The translations under genes were made by a program, and so were the position numbers. The notes below the pieces were generated by a model. It searched no databases and had not been told where the DNA came from. It saw only the letters and a list, made by a program, of their open reading frames with translations. Below are positions 29,334-39,614 of a DNA stretch of 64,000 nucleotides, in pieces; within the stretch, counting starts at the first letter, position 1, and each line of letters begins with the position of its first letter. The DNA comes from Candidatus Latescibacterota bacterium (GTDB lineage Bacteria > Latescibacterota > UBA2968): the NCBI GenBank assembly GCA_965204375.1, contig OZ241986.1, positions 928,001-992,000 of the forward strand, given 5' to 3'.

Positions 29334-31190
29334 CTAAGCAAATTTCATTTTTAAAGCGTCGTCGATCTCGTTTTCACAAGCCATGGCCGGAAGCCCCAGT
29401 TCGCGTTCGACCACATCAAAGAAGGCACTTTTTCGAACATTCTGACCCTGAAGGCGGCTGGCCAGTACATCGGCCCCGGGCAGGCCGTGGCTGAGGGTGA
29501 TCAGGCCGGGATTGGGGATCAGGTCATAGTGCCCCCAGCGGCTTCGGTAAAGGCCCTGACGGTTCCAGCGGATGGCTACGTTAAGGGCTTCAACCAGGCC
29601 GAAGGGATTGAAGAGGGTGCTGTAAATTTTGGCCATTTCACAACACACACGGGCAAAATAGGTGATATTAGGACCGTGCCAGGCTGCTCTTAAAGGGGCG
29701 GGTATGAGGCCGAAGCAATTGGAGATGGACAGGCGTGTGTGACCTTTGAACCGGGCGAAGGAGATGAAATCATTACTGGCGTAGTCGAGTAAGAGTTTTG
29801 GTATAAATCGGCAGAGTTCGGGGTGATAGGATTTGTGTCCGGCCTCTTCGAGGTGCCCAGCTATGTCGGAGGGATTGGCACATTGGCCGTCCCAATAGGC
29901 CTCGGTGACGTTGAGATAGTGGGCATTGTGGTGGTCAATAACGTCCTGGAGGCCAGTGCGTTTGAGGTATTCTTGATCTTGATCGCGAATCCAGGTGCGA
30001 TGGGCTTTGCTTTCCGTTTTCCAGTCCCAGGAGGTTCCGCCCAGATTTCGTCCTACAGTATGGCCTTCTAAGATTACGGCCCGACCGGGCAGAGCCGACA
30101 GAAGTTTGTCGAGGGCAATGGGGTCGGTGTAGGTACCGGTGGCATATCCATGCCAGGTGACTTTGACGAAGGCGGGGTCTGAGGTGATGCCAAAACTTTG
30201 AAAGAGGCGGGATAAAGCGTCAGTGTCGTGGATTTCGGCGATGGTGGCACCCTGATAGGTGTGCGTGTGGGGCACGGGGCCTTCGATATCTCGGATTGGC
30301 AAAGTGCCGTCGGGACCGTGGATACAACTTACAGGTTGGGCGTTTTTGTTGTGCTTGGGCGAAGGGGTGCGTTTTGCAGTTTTTTCGCGGTGGGCGTTCC
30401 ATAGAGCGGACAAACGCTGTTGCATCCATGCTGAGAGGTGTGCTGTGAGGCCCAGTGAATTGCAGAGAATCCAGGTGTCGGCGAGGGGATGCTTTTTGCA
30501 GAAATCTTTGTAGATAATCCGGGTATATTCTGCATGGTCGTCTTCAAATAGGAGATAGGGGGCCAGGATCCAGCGATACGGTGTTTGCGCCGCACAGGCA
30601 AGTTGCTCGGGCAGGGGTGTTTTTTCGTGGCGTAAGAATGCCACGTCCGCTTGTGCCAGACTCAAGTGTTCCCAGAGCAAGCGCATCAATTGATAGGATT
30701 TTGCACGGCCTACCGGATCGCCGTGTCCACTGGCGACGAGCATCAGGGCGGTGTTTTGAGGCAATGTGTTGGTGTGGTGCAGGCGGGTGCAGATGTGATC
30801 GACAAAGGCCTGGATCAACAAGGGATGGCAGGGGTCTGGATCGTCGTAGAAGATATTCATATCCGGATGGTCCCTGCGGGTCTGATTGATGGTTTCTATA
30901 AAGATGGTTTTCTGATCGATGCTGAAGTCCAGCAAGAGGGGCAGTATAAAGACAGCACTGGCACCGTCTTGATGGCAGGCCTGGAGATGTTCGGGCAGAT
31001 CGCCTCCGGTCCATTGCCCGGCGGGAGGTAGAGACGCACAGGTAATAGAAGGGGTAAATCCCAGGATTGGAGCGCATGTTTCGCTCAGAGCCTGGCAGAG
31101 GGCTTGGGGCTCGTTCAGACGGTTCGAGCAGGTGTCGGTCAGGAGGACAAACACAGGAGGCCCCCTATGTGTGTGGTTACTGGATGCCAC
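29334..31190 (-). CDS. Fusion of a CbiX/SirB-like chelatase domain pair and a DUF362-like domain
   Basis: N-half: LPLLL, RRDHPD...HPLL, TALMLVASGHGDP, RLLWE, VAFL, PYLLF (CbiX-L pattern). C-half: FVKVTW, TYTDP, ILEG, RFKGH..LSISNCFGLIP...WHG (DUF362 pattern). Confidence 0.7.
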   Translation of the reverse strand: MASSNHTHRGPPVFVLLTDTCSNRLNEPQALCQALSETCAPILGFTPSITCASLPPAGQWTGGDLPEHLQACHQDGASAVFILPLLLDFSIDQKTIFIETINQTRRDHPDMNIFYDDPDPCHPLLIQAFVDHICTRLHHTNTLPQNTALMLVASGHGDPVGRAKSYQLMRLLWEHLSLAQADVAFLRHEKTPLPEQLACAAQTPYRWILAPYLLFEDDHAEYTRIIYKDFCKKHPLADTWILCNSLGLTAHLSAWMQQRLSALWNAHREKTAKRTPSPKHNKNAQPVSCIHGPDGTLPIRDIEGPVPHTHTYQGATIAEIHDTDALSRLFQSFGITSDPAFVKVTWHGYATGTYTDPIALDKLLSALPGRAVILEGHTVGRNLGGTSWDWKTESKAHRTWIRDQDQEYLKRTGLQDVIDHHNAHYLNVTEAYWDGQCANPSDIAGHLEEAGHKSYHPELCRFIPKLLLDYASNDFISFARFKGHTRLSISNCFGLIPAPLRAAWHGPNITYFARVCCEMAKIYSTLFNPFGLVEALNVAIRWNRQGLYRSRWGHYDLIPNPGLITLSHGLPGADVLASRLQGQNVRKSAFFDVVERELGLPAMACENEIDDALKMKFA

Positions 31191-31196
31191 GGGGCT

Positions 31197-32354
31197 TTAT
31201 TCCGATTCGAGTTTGCCGCCAATCCGGTCGTATTTTACCAGGGTGGCCAGGGTGTCCATCATGGCGCGAACGCCCAACAGGGCCGTAATGTCGGAGATGT
31301 CGTAGGGCGGAGCGACTTCGACAACTTCCATGGCGGCGATGCCTTCTTTGGCAATACCACGGAGCAGGGATAGGGCTTCTCTGGGTAGATATCCGCCGGG
31401 CTCTGGCCAGCCTGTGCCGGGTACAAAACCGGCATCTACGGAGTCGATGTCGAAGGAGAGATATACAGCACTGGCACCTTTCCAGGCCACTTCGAGGGCG
31501 ATTTCGAGGGTTTTGTCAATACCGAGGGTTTCGACATCGTCGATGGTGAGCACGGTTGAGCGCATGGTGCGGCCGTGGCGCACCCCCGTTCTGGGTACCT
31601 GCCAGCCACCAATGCCCAATTGGACCAGATTGGTGGGGGGGCAGTTGGGGATATTGGTGGCATGGAACCAGGGACAGGTGTGCATGATTTCGTCCATGTC
31701 TTTTTCCTGGGTGTCCACATGGCGGTCCAGATGGATGATGCCGACTTTGCCTTCGACGCATTCGGCCACGCCGCGCACACAGGGATAACCGATGGAGTGG
31801 TCGCCCCCCATGATCATGGGCAAAGCCCCGCTGGAAAGGATATGGGCAACGCCTTTGGTAATTTGGTCGTGCCCTTTGGTGATATTGGCGGGACAGAAAA
31901 TATCTCCGATGTCACACATTTTGAGAGATTCGCGCAGGTCAATGCCGAGTTCAAAATTATAGGGGGTGTACAGGGAAGATATCCGGCGCATGCCCTGTGG
32001 CCCAAAGCGGGTGCCGGATCGGTAGGTGGTGCCGATATCGAAAGGCGCGCCGACGAAGGCCACGTCATAATCGCCGACCTGACGCACATCTTCGAGGTAG
32101 GGGAGTTTTAAAAAGGTGTTGATGCCCGACCAGTGGGGGAGCTCGCCCCGTTGAAAGCAGGAAATGTCGGGGTCAGCGATGGAATCTGATCCGGACAGGC
32201 CAAATTCCAGACTGCGGGCAATTTCGTTGCGATATTGTGTGTCCGGAAGTTCGGATTCGGCATCCTGTGCAAGCCAGCCGTTGAGGTGGGAGATGTCGGG
32301 GAGGTCGCGTTGATGCTCGCGGTAATTGGGGGCATGCGTGTCGTAAAATGGCAT
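31197..32354 (-). CDS. gdmH: Ureohydrolase, guanidine hydrolase (GdmH)-like
   Basis: Binuclear-metal motifs GGDHS, DRHVD, SFDID. Segments I recall from Synechocystis Sll1077/GdmH: RGELPH, YTPYNFE, MHTCPWFHATN, QLGIGGWQVPR, PGTGWPEPGG. Confidence 0.85.
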   Translation of the reverse strand: MPFYDTHAPNYREHQRDLPDISHLNGWLAQDAESELPDTQYRNEIARSLEFGLSGSDSIADPDISCFQRGELPHWSGINTFLKLPYLEDVRQVGDYDVAFVGAPFDIGTTYRSGTRFGPQGMRRISSLYTPYNFELGIDLRESLKMCDIGDIFCPANITKGHDQITKGVAHILSSGALPMIMGGDHSIGYPCVRGVAECVEGKVGIIHLDRHVDTQEKDMDEIMHTCPWFHATNIPNCPPTNLVQLGIGGWQVPRTGVRHGRTMRSTVLTIDDVETLGIDKTLEIALEVAWKGASAVYLSFDIDSVDAGFVPGTGWPEPGGYLPREALSLLRGIAKEGIAAMEVVEVAPPYDISDITALLGVRAMMDTLATLVKYDRIGGKLESE

Positions 32355-32424
32355 GAAGATTCTCGTGTGGCGTTTAGAGATCGGTCGGTGCCGAATTTTT
32401 AAGATATCCGGCACCGACGATGTG

Positions 32425-33405
32425 TTATTTCAGTTCCATAATCAAGCTGGGATCGAAGTAGGTATCAATGTCCTGCGATTTTTCATAGACCTTGTTATCC
32501 ACGTTGAATGTGTTGACCACTTCGCTGGATCCATAAACCGAATCTAACCCCTCGGCTTTGGCAAAGCGTTTTTTGGCCTGCTCTGCGGTGAGCAAGTAGG
32601 TGCCTTCCAGGAGTGGGGCATAGTCTTCGGGGGTGAGGCCCACGCGGGCACTGAGGATTTTGAGGACTTCCTCGCGGTTGCTGTCGTCTTTGATGTAATC
32701 TACAATGTCATACCAAATTTTGACGACTTTCTGCCAGTCTTCCCTGTTGGCCGCTAGGCTTTCGTTGCTTACGTAAAGCAGGTCATAAATGATGCCGGGC
32801 GCATTGGCACTGGTGAAAATGGGCCGGGAGCCGGGCACGGTTTTGAGAGCCTGTCCGGAGTTGGGTTGCCAGGCCACGATGGCGTCGACCTGTTTGGAGG
32901 CCAGACCCTGAGGGGTTTCGTGAGTGGGCATGTTGATCAGGGTGACGTCGCTTTCTTTCATGCCATTGGCTTCAAGGCCTTTGAGCAGCAAGAGGTGGCT
33001 GACAAAACCCAGTTCGACACCCACTTTCTTGCCTTTGAGTTGGGTGATTTTGCGAATGCCTGGTCTGCCAACGACCATGTCGTTGCCGTTGGAATAGTCG
33101 TTGATCAAGATGCCTTTGCAGGCTTTGCCTGTGGCACCTGTGACCAGGGCGTCTCCGTTGGTCATGCACACGGCATCTACTTTGCTGGCGGCAAAGGCGT
33201 CCATGGACGGCACATATTCAAACCAGATAAATTCCACATCGATACCGGCTTTTTTGAACCAACCCTTCTGGATGCCAACTTCCCAAGCGACCCAACCCGG
33301 CCAGTCGCTGTAGCCAATTTTGAGTTTGGCGGCCAACGAGGGAGAGGCAAAAAGCAGGGAGAACGCGCACCCGACAATGAGAAATAGGCGTGTGCCTTTT
33401 TTCAT
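32425..33405 (-). CDS. ABC transporter substrate-binding protein (guanidine/urea-carboxylase-associated type)
   Basis: Signal peptide; [37 protein letters not shown]. Confidence 0.9.
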   Translation of the reverse strand: MKKGTRLFLIVGCAFSLLFASPSLAAKLKIGYSDWPGWVAWEVGIQKGWFKKAGIDVEFIWFEYVPSMDAFAASKVDAVCMTNGDALVTGATGKACKGILINDYSNGNDMVVGRPGIRKITQLKGKKVGVELGFVSHLLLLKGLEANGMKESDVTLINMPTHETPQGLASKQVDAIVAWQPNSGQALKTVPGSRPIFTSANAPGIIYDLLYVSNESLAANREDWQKVVKIWYDIVDYIKDDSNREEVLKILSARVGLTPEDYAPLLEGTYLLTAEQAKKRFAKAEGLDSVYGSSEVVNTFNVDNKVYEKSQDIDTYFDPSLIMELK

Positions 33406-33777
33406 GGTAATCTCCTTATAGTTGTACAGCTCATAGCGTATATGACGAACAGATTTAAGTATAAAGCGAATATGTTTCTTGTAGATTTACTCGATGTGAA
33501 CGAAGGATTAAATTTGCTTCATATCTGCGGTCCAGGGGGTTGTGCCCAGTACACATGAGCATGACCTGGTCAATGGCGTTCCAGAGTGTATTGAGATTGG
33601 AGGTTTGGATACAAGGGCGCGTATTACAAAGAGGTGGGATTTGGTTGGGATAGAGAAAAGAAAAGAGGGGATCGGTACGTGTTTTAATCGGTCTGAAGCA
33701 GCCCGGCACAGCCGGTGGCAGGCTGGTAGGATGGGAGCGATAGGGGAGGGAATGGAGATGTGTGATGTGTATTCGGT

Positions 33778-35205
33778 TCACCAGTTCTGATCTATAATCA
33801 GAAATCCTTTTGCTTTACACAGTTCACTGTCTTTCCACCCGTAAAAGAGGAGCATGCCATCTCTTACATTTCCTTTTGGATCTTTAATCGGTTGGATATT
33901 GTTAAATTTCCAACCGGCATACTCCGGGGCATGTGGCGTCAAATCTCTCACCCTTTTCCAGGTAAATCCGCTATCGGTGGAGATCCACTCTTCAATATCT
34001 CCTCCACCTCTGGAGTCCATGTTGCCACGCGTTTCTTTTACAAATTTGTGATCACCTACTATCAGATAAGCATGTAGCGTGCCACTTTCATCCAGCCTGA
34101 GATAGCAACTGTTCCAATCATCAGTGGCAGGGGTGATAACCGTCTGTATCCATTCGTGATTGATATACCTCACATAATAGTAATTGCATCTGTCGGGCAC
34201 ATCTTCCGATAGCACATGCAAAAAGGCCGGATTATCATTTTCATCTATGACAATATCAGGTGGAACGCCTGCGCCTCTCCAATCGGTATCCCAGATTTTG
34301 CATTTGTCATTTGCAGTGCCAATATCAATGGGCGTTCTGACTGTCTCGCCATCAAAATTCGCGACCTCATGCGTTTGAAGGTTGATTTTTACATAATAGA
34401 GGTTGTATTTGAGGCCGAGATTCTTTTTGGTTCCATAACGAGGATTGTAAAACTTTTCTGGGATATCCTTTTTGTTGTCATCATAAGAACAAAATACGGC
34501 GTGCAAAAACTTTCCATCTTTACTCGGAAAGCAAGTGTGATAAGAAGACCACTCATTCAAGTCCATCGGATCATCTACTGTTGCCGTTTCTTCTCCCATG
34601 TTTAAATCTGTGACATCATTTTCAGGCCCCGACCAGGTCTTACCTTCATCGTCTGAAATTAAATATGACCACGAACTTCTGTGCTCTCCTGTTCGGAAAT
34701 AAACCACTTGCCTATTATTGTCTATGTGATAAACCGTAGGGTAAGAAAGCGAGTTTCTTATTTCAGGGGCTGGAGACCAGTCTTCTACACTGTTTCCAAT
34801 ATCCGCTACCTTTTTGGATATTAAATGTGTTCCTGGCGTTTTGTGACAACCCGACAAAATATGTAAAAAGTCATCATTGTCAGCCCAGATTACGGGGCAA
34901 TAATGCTGGTCGTTTGAGCCTTTGGTTCCCAACTGTAGGGGAGACGAAAAGGACTTTGTCTCGGGGTTAAAAGAGATAACAAAAGGATATGTCTTTTCCC
35001 TGGTCTCAGCATCCATTGGTGCCCCGCCATTATAAACGATATATACTCGATTGTTGATAAAGATGGCTTGAGGGCGCTGCCTTCTGTCATAGATCATTTT
35101 TAATTGTCCCCCACTTCCAAAGGGAACAACAGAAAAATCCGTTTGTTTCTCAGTATCCACAGCCTGACCTCCAAATGCAATCGGTGAAATAAGAAGGACT
35201 CTCAA
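33778..35205 (-). CDS. BNR-4 beta-propeller, ulvan lyase PL25-like
   Basis: DQHYCP...SGCH (two His 20 apart) and SYP...YFR (Tyr and Arg 16 apart), matching the PL25 active-site spacing as I recall it. TTG start uncertain. Confidence 0.7.
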   Translation of the reverse strand: MRVLLISPIAFGGQAVDTEKQTDFSVVPFGSGGQLKMIYDRRQRPQAIFINNRVYIVYNGGAPMDAETREKTYPFVISFNPETKSFSSPLQLGTKGSNDQHYCPVIWADNDDFLHILSGCHKTPGTHLISKKVADIGNSVEDWSPAPEIRNSLSYPTVYHIDNNRQVVYFRTGEHRSSWSYLISDDEGKTWSGPENDVTDLNMGEETATVDDPMDLNEWSSYHTCFPSKDGKFLHAVFCSYDDNKKDIPEKFYNPRYGTKKNLGLKYNLYYVKINLQTHEVANFDGETVRTPIDIGTANDKCKIWDTDWRGAGVPPDIVIDENDNPAFLHVLSEDVPDRCNYYYVRYINHEWIQTVITPATDDWNSCYLRLDESGTLHAYLIVGDHKFVKETRGNMDSRGGGDIEEWISTDSGFTWKRVRDLTPHAPEYAGWKFNNIQPIKDPKGNVRDGMLLFYGWKDSELCKAKGFLIIDQNW

Positions 35206-35228
35206 TTTCCAGAAGTGCTACCATCTCA

Positions 35229-37151
35229 CTATTCTGCCTGTTTTGTAAAATCCAGGACCTTCTTGCGCGTTCCCTTGCTAATGGTGACGACCCCGCTATT
35301 CCACTCCGCATTGAGAAAGGGGCTTTCAAAGACTTTCTTTGGAGCGTAGTCAACAGGCTTGCCATTGATTGAGGGTACCGATTTGGTGCTGGTATCAAAG
35401 GTCAACTGATCGCCATAGATGGTTTTGTAGCGCAGCACCGTCCCATCCAGATGAACTTCACAGGCTTTCACCTTTTTTTTGAAGGCGTCGAAACTCGTGA
35501 CATCGCCCTTGGCCATGACTTCAATGATCACCGGTGCGTATTCATCATTGGGGATCATGGTCGCGTTTTCGGGAACAAAGCGATCCGTTTCAAACTCGCC
35601 ATCCATCCACTTGAAACCGCCTGTGGCCACGCGGATCGCCGCATAAGCGCCTTTGGCTTCCACATAGACCACGCCATCCTCTTCCACTGGCGCGCTCAAC
35701 CCGCTCTTCGACATCCAGATGATCATCTCGGCACCGTCCTTATGGTGCTTGAGCTTCTGGGTAATCAAGCTGCCTTTGCTCTGCACAGACCACTGTGCGT
35801 TCATGGCCACCCGGTTGTCTTTGGGGCGAACGATGGGAACAATACGCGCATCGTGTTCGCCGGCAAAGATCACGCCTTGCCAGCGGTTTTGCGCACTGAT
35901 CGCAGCCCAATCCTCTATGGGCCTCGCTTCCGTCATCGGCGTTCCCATGATGAAGGCGGGATCGCAGTAGCTGTAGCGCAGAATACCACCCCCATCGGTT
36001 CGCATCCTGGTCGGCATTTGCGTATCAGCAGTCTTCAAAGGCCGACCCGTTTTTCCCAGCCCCTGGGGGCGCTGCCGCACCTCGTAGCGTCCTCGTCCCG
36101 CCACGTCGATTGCGATATCGGCCACTACGGCTGGTGGTCGGTAGTCGCTGAGAGCCGCGTTCATGTCATGACCATAAACAGCAGGCTGCTTGCCGATGCC
36201 AAAATAGAACCAGGCCAGCGGCGCATTGCCATGCTCCCGGTTTTGCTTAAGCCCTTTCCAGAAATAGATGCGCGACCGTCCACCACCTTGAACGCCGTCA
36301 ATCTGTTCCTGCGCCCAATAGGCAAAATAAAGATCGAGCAACATCCCGGCCGACCGTCTCACTTGCGGGTCACCAAAGTCGTAGAAATTGTAGAATCCCT
36401 TGATCAGTGTGCTATTATAGCCGTCACTCATCATCTCGATGCACAGGCTTTTGCGCGCACGTTCACGGCAGTAAACCACAAAATACGCATTCCAGGCCCG
36501 ATAATGTTCCGCCGCTGTAGCGCCGTCATCATACTTGAGGTCCTTGTATTCGGGCCGATCTTTCGCGATCCTGGCAAACTGCCAGCAGACCGTAAAACTC
36601 ATGGCATGATGATTCTCTGACAGGTAGATGTGCCAGGTCTTAGATTTCTCGTATTCCGCCTTATCAAGCCGGGAAACCTTCCTGACGTACTCCCAGATCG
36701 GCTTGAGAGCGAGGGCTTCGGTCTTTTTGGTGATGCGATTACTACCGTTGGTGCCGTACATCTCAATCAGCCGCATGACGATCTCCGCATGCCAGTGAAA
36801 ACTGTCACGGTCATTGATGTCCAGGGGGTTGTCGAGATAGTGCTGGGCATTTTCGGCAAGTGCGGCATTGGCTTCTTCCAGCATCTCGTTCAGGTAGAGG
36901 CAACGTGCGGCAAACCCCACCATGGAATAGGAATAGGCCCGCACATAATTTCCCCGCCCGGGATCGAGTGGCTTCCGTTTCTTTGCCCGCACCAACGGCT
37001 TGCCGGATTCAGCGCAAAACATCGCATCCACTCGTTGTTCAAAGCCAGCTACGACCGCTTCGGGAGTTAAATTTTTCTCCACTGATTCAGCTCCTTGTGT
37101 CTGCCCAGTTATAAGTATAACGATCAGCATTATGCGGTTGATGATTCGCAT
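35229..37151 (-). CDS. Secreted hypothetical protein (probable helical toroid plus beta-sandwich, lyase-like)
   Basis: Signal peptide from MRIINRIML; SENHH, LLDLYFAYWAQEQIDGVQGGGRSR, RWQG, KVFESPFL. Paralogous to 37514..39613. Confidence 0.7.
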   Translation of the reverse strand: MRIINRIMLIVILITGQTQGAESVEKNLTPEAVVAGFEQRVDAMFCAESGKPLVRAKKRKPLDPGRGNYVRAYSYSMVGFAARCLYLNEMLEEANAALAENAQHYLDNPLDINDRDSFHWHAEIVMRLIEMYGTNGSNRITKKTEALALKPIWEYVRKVSRLDKAEYEKSKTWHIYLSENHHAMSFTVCWQFARIAKDRPEYKDLKYDDGATAAEHYRAWNAYFVVYCRERARKSLCIEMMSDGYNSTLIKGFYNFYDFGDPQVRRSAGMLLDLYFAYWAQEQIDGVQGGGRSRIYFWKGLKQNREHGNAPLAWFYFGIGKQPAVYGHDMNAALSDYRPPAVVADIAIDVAGRGRYEVRQRPQGLGKTGRPLKTADTQMPTRMRTDGGGILRYSYCDPAFIMGTPMTEARPIEDWAAISAQNRWQGVIFAGEHDARIVPIVRPKDNRVAMNAQWSVQSKGSLITQKLKHHKDGAEMIIWMSKSGLSAPVEEDGVVYVEAKGAYAAIRVATGGFKWMDGEFETDRFVPENATMIPNDEYAPVIIEVMAKGDVTSFDAFKKKVKACEVHLDGTVLRYKTIYGDQLTFDTSTKSVPSINGKPVDYAPKKVFESPFLNAEWNSGVVTISKGTRKKVLDFTKQAE

Positions 37152-37164
37152 TATAAACACTCTG

Positions 37165-37479
37165 CTAATCCTGGTGAAAAACTTCCTGCAGCGGTATGCA
37201 GACCGGCGAGTTGTCGGGGTTGGTATCCATGATATCGGCCATGTAGGCCCACCACTTCTTGACGATTGCGGTCTCCGACAACTCATCTGCAGTATTGTCG
37301 TCGGCCAGCTTCTGTACGGCAAAGAGTGTCAGCGTCTCCTCATCGAGAAAAATTGAATAGTCCGAGACGCCAGCTTTGCCCAATTCTTCAGCCAGTTCCG
37401 GCCAAATTTCGTCGTGGCGCTTTTTGTACTCGGCTTTGTAACCGGGCTTCAGTTGCATCTTGAAAGCATTGCGTTGCAT
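37165..37479 (-). CDS. rhaM: L-rhamnose mutarotase
   Basis: 104 aa; AFKMQLKPG..EYKKRHDEIWPEL, DYSIFLD, KWWAYMADIM, LQEVFH. Confidence 0.95.
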   Translation of the reverse strand: MQRNAFKMQLKPGYKAEYKKRHDEIWPELAEELGKAGVSDYSIFLDEETLTLFAVQKLADDNTADELSETAIVKKWWAYMADIMDTNPDNSPVCIPLQEVFHQD

Positions 37480-37513
37480 GATATTTTGCTCCTGACTTCG
37501 AGGATGAAGGGTT

Positions 37514-39613
37514 TTAGCATTCGTCCCTGGAATTGTTGTTAAAGTCGAGGTTGAGTTTGTAATCATCTTTGAAAATTTCAATCTGGCCGCTATCATACTT
37601 GGATTGGATATAAGGGCTGTCGAAAACTTTTGGGTGCTCATAATCGACATATTCGCCACCAATTGTAGGCACATCGCTTGTATTGGCCGCATTAAATACC
37701 ATTTCTTCCATGTCCGGTGCCGCACTCTTGTAAACCGCAACAATGCCTGTTTCTCTTGTGACGACGGTCCTGTGGAGTGTGAGATCGCCCTGAAAAATCA
37801 TACGCTTATAACTTTCCAACGTTGGGTGGTCTGCCTTGCGACCGGCTTCTATCAGAATGGGACTGTATCTGTTGGTCAGTTGCAAAATCGTCCGGTCGTT
37901 ATTGAATCTATAACTGTCTTTTCTAAGAACCACTTTGCCCCGGTAGCTGTCGGTCCCTTTTGCCCAGGCTTTAGCGTCGGCCTCTGCTTCCAAAAGAATA
38001 ACCCGTATTGCCACATAAACATTTTCCTTCTCTGCAAATATCCATCCATCTGTTTCATCAATACGATCCCATCCGTTGCCCAGGAATAACCCGAATTCCC
38101 GATCATACCGATTGTCATTGGCTGGATACCAGTCTGGATTGGATTGTGCCCAACGTCTTCTTTGTTGGGTGATCAGCACTTGCTTGTGCTGGACGCTGTG
38201 ATACACCAATTCCATGTCGTAGGCATTGTTACCATCGCTTTCTGCTTCGGGTGTATCCAGTGCAATGGTTGCCAGACGGGTGTTGGGATCTTTGGTCACC
38301 AGGCCTTGCCAGCGTCCGGCGGTTGATAGGTGGTTGTAAAGCGCATAAGGGTGATCCATCTGAGTACCCAGTATATAATCTGGCGTTACCCAGGTGTATT
38401 TGACAAACCGCGATGGTGTATCTCCCATCACGGAGCGCTCCGTGCCCAATGGACGAGGGCTGGTAGGCTCTTCTTCTCCAATGCCCCGAGAGAGATATGC
38501 AAATGACCCGAGCCGTTTTCGATCCAGAGCCAATTCCCATACGATTCTTGGCCAGGCGTAGTCGCTTAAGAGTTGCTGCGGATAGTTGAACGAGGTTTTG
38601 CCCTCACCACCCAGATAGAAAACGGCGAGGTCTGACATAGAATCGTACCCACCAGCAGTCTTGTGGTGGCGCGTTTTGGGACCACCTCGTAAACCTGCAA
38701 TTTGTAGCTGTGCCCAATCGGCCCACATCAGATCTAAAAACATGCCAATTTTCTTTTTTAGCCTCTTATCACCACAGAAATTGTAGAGCATAAGAATATA
38801 ACTGATGGTGTACTTCATATAGGTCGGCGAACCATTTTCAAGAAAGAATCCCCGCTTTGCACGCTCGGTGAAATAGTCATTGAGATAGGGCAACCAGGCA
38901 CCGTAATGATCGGCTGCGTTGTAAGATTTTCCATCCGCCCAATTTGCGCGCCCACCACCGTGTCGATCACTGTTGCCCTGCCCACAATAGCCCGACTCGC
39001 CGTATCCGATGCCATCTCCATAACCGAGGTCGGGATAAATGCGGTCAACATACTCGGGTTCATTGGCAAAAATACGCGCACTTAAAAGATTACAGGCTTT
39101 TGTATTCAGATCGTGATTTTCACTACCCGCGATCCACCAGGTGCTCTTTTTTGCGACGGAAATATCATTTTTGTACCTGGTTCGCGCCCATAATAAAGCC
39201 AGCAAAGTTTGCTCTGTTTCAGGCGTGAGTCGATTTGGCATCTGTGTACTTTTAGACCCAAACCAATTGTAGAATGTAATCAGCCTTGGATTGCGCCACA
39301 GGCTGTAGAGACTCTGCACGGGTTGTATGCCTTTCGCCTCACATTCTGCGAGATTTGCCAGTTCGGTTTGAAAATCTATCGTCAATTCTCTGTTGACTTC
39401 GTTTAGATTTTGGTTGAGCCACATCTGATCAAATAGCTGGCGGTCTTTGCCTGAAAAATCTGTTTTTGCACCTGCTTCAAAGGCTTGTTGAATGCGTTGT
39501 GGGCGCGTTTCCAATTCTTCTGCCATTAATTCGGTGATACGCTTTTCGACGGGTGAATCACCAAATTCCAGAAGGGATCGAAACCAACTGTTTTTAGCAT
39601 CTGCTTCGGGCAT
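37514..39613 (-). CDS. Hypothetical protein, paralog of 35229..37151
   Basis: GSENHD, FLDLMWADWAQLQIAGLRGGPKTR, RWQG, KVFDSPYI. Confidence 0.7.
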   Translation of the reverse strand: MPEADAKNSWFRSLLEFGDSPVEKRITELMAEELETRPQRIQQAFEAGAKTDFSGKDRQLFDQMWLNQNLNEVNRELTIDFQTELANLAECEAKGIQPVQSLYSLWRNPRLITFYNWFGSKSTQMPNRLTPETEQTLLALLWARTRYKNDISVAKKSTWWIAGSENHDLNTKACNLLSARIFANEPEYVDRIYPDLGYGDGIGYGESGYCGQGNSDRHGGGRANWADGKSYNAADHYGAWLPYLNDYFTERAKRGFFLENGSPTYMKYTISYILMLYNFCGDKRLKKKIGMFLDLMWADWAQLQIAGLRGGPKTRHHKTAGGYDSMSDLAVFYLGGEGKTSFNYPQQLLSDYAWPRIVWELALDRKRLGSFAYLSRGIGEEEPTSPRPLGTERSVMGDTPSRFVKYTWVTPDYILGTQMDHPYALYNHLSTAGRWQGLVTKDPNTRLATIALDTPEAESDGNNAYDMELVYHSVQHKQVLITQQRRRWAQSNPDWYPANDNRYDREFGLFLGNGWDRIDETDGWIFAEKENVYVAIRVILLEAEADAKAWAKGTDSYRGKVVLRKDSYRFNNDRTILQLTNRYSPILIEAGRKADHPTLESYKRMIFQGDLTLHRTVVTRETGIVAVYKSAAPDMEEMVFNAANTSDVPTIGGEYVDYEHPKVFDSPYIQSKYDSGQIEIFKDDYKLNLDFNNNSRDEC

Positions 39614-39614
39614 A

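Noticed and set aside
31197-32354. Ordinary agmatinase SpeB
   Set aside because: The N-terminal extension and the MHTCPW, GGWQVPR and GWPEPGG segments fit the GdmH clade, not the typical SpeB HGTPF/GIR/GTPEPGG pattern.
33570-33720. Sigma-54 promoter for the guanidinase operon
   Set aside because: The GG/GC candidates have the wrong spacing or are on the wrong strand.
33455-33790. ORFs 33455..33781 and 33542..33790
   Set aside because: Low-complexity leader sequence without RBS or motifs; treated as non-coding.
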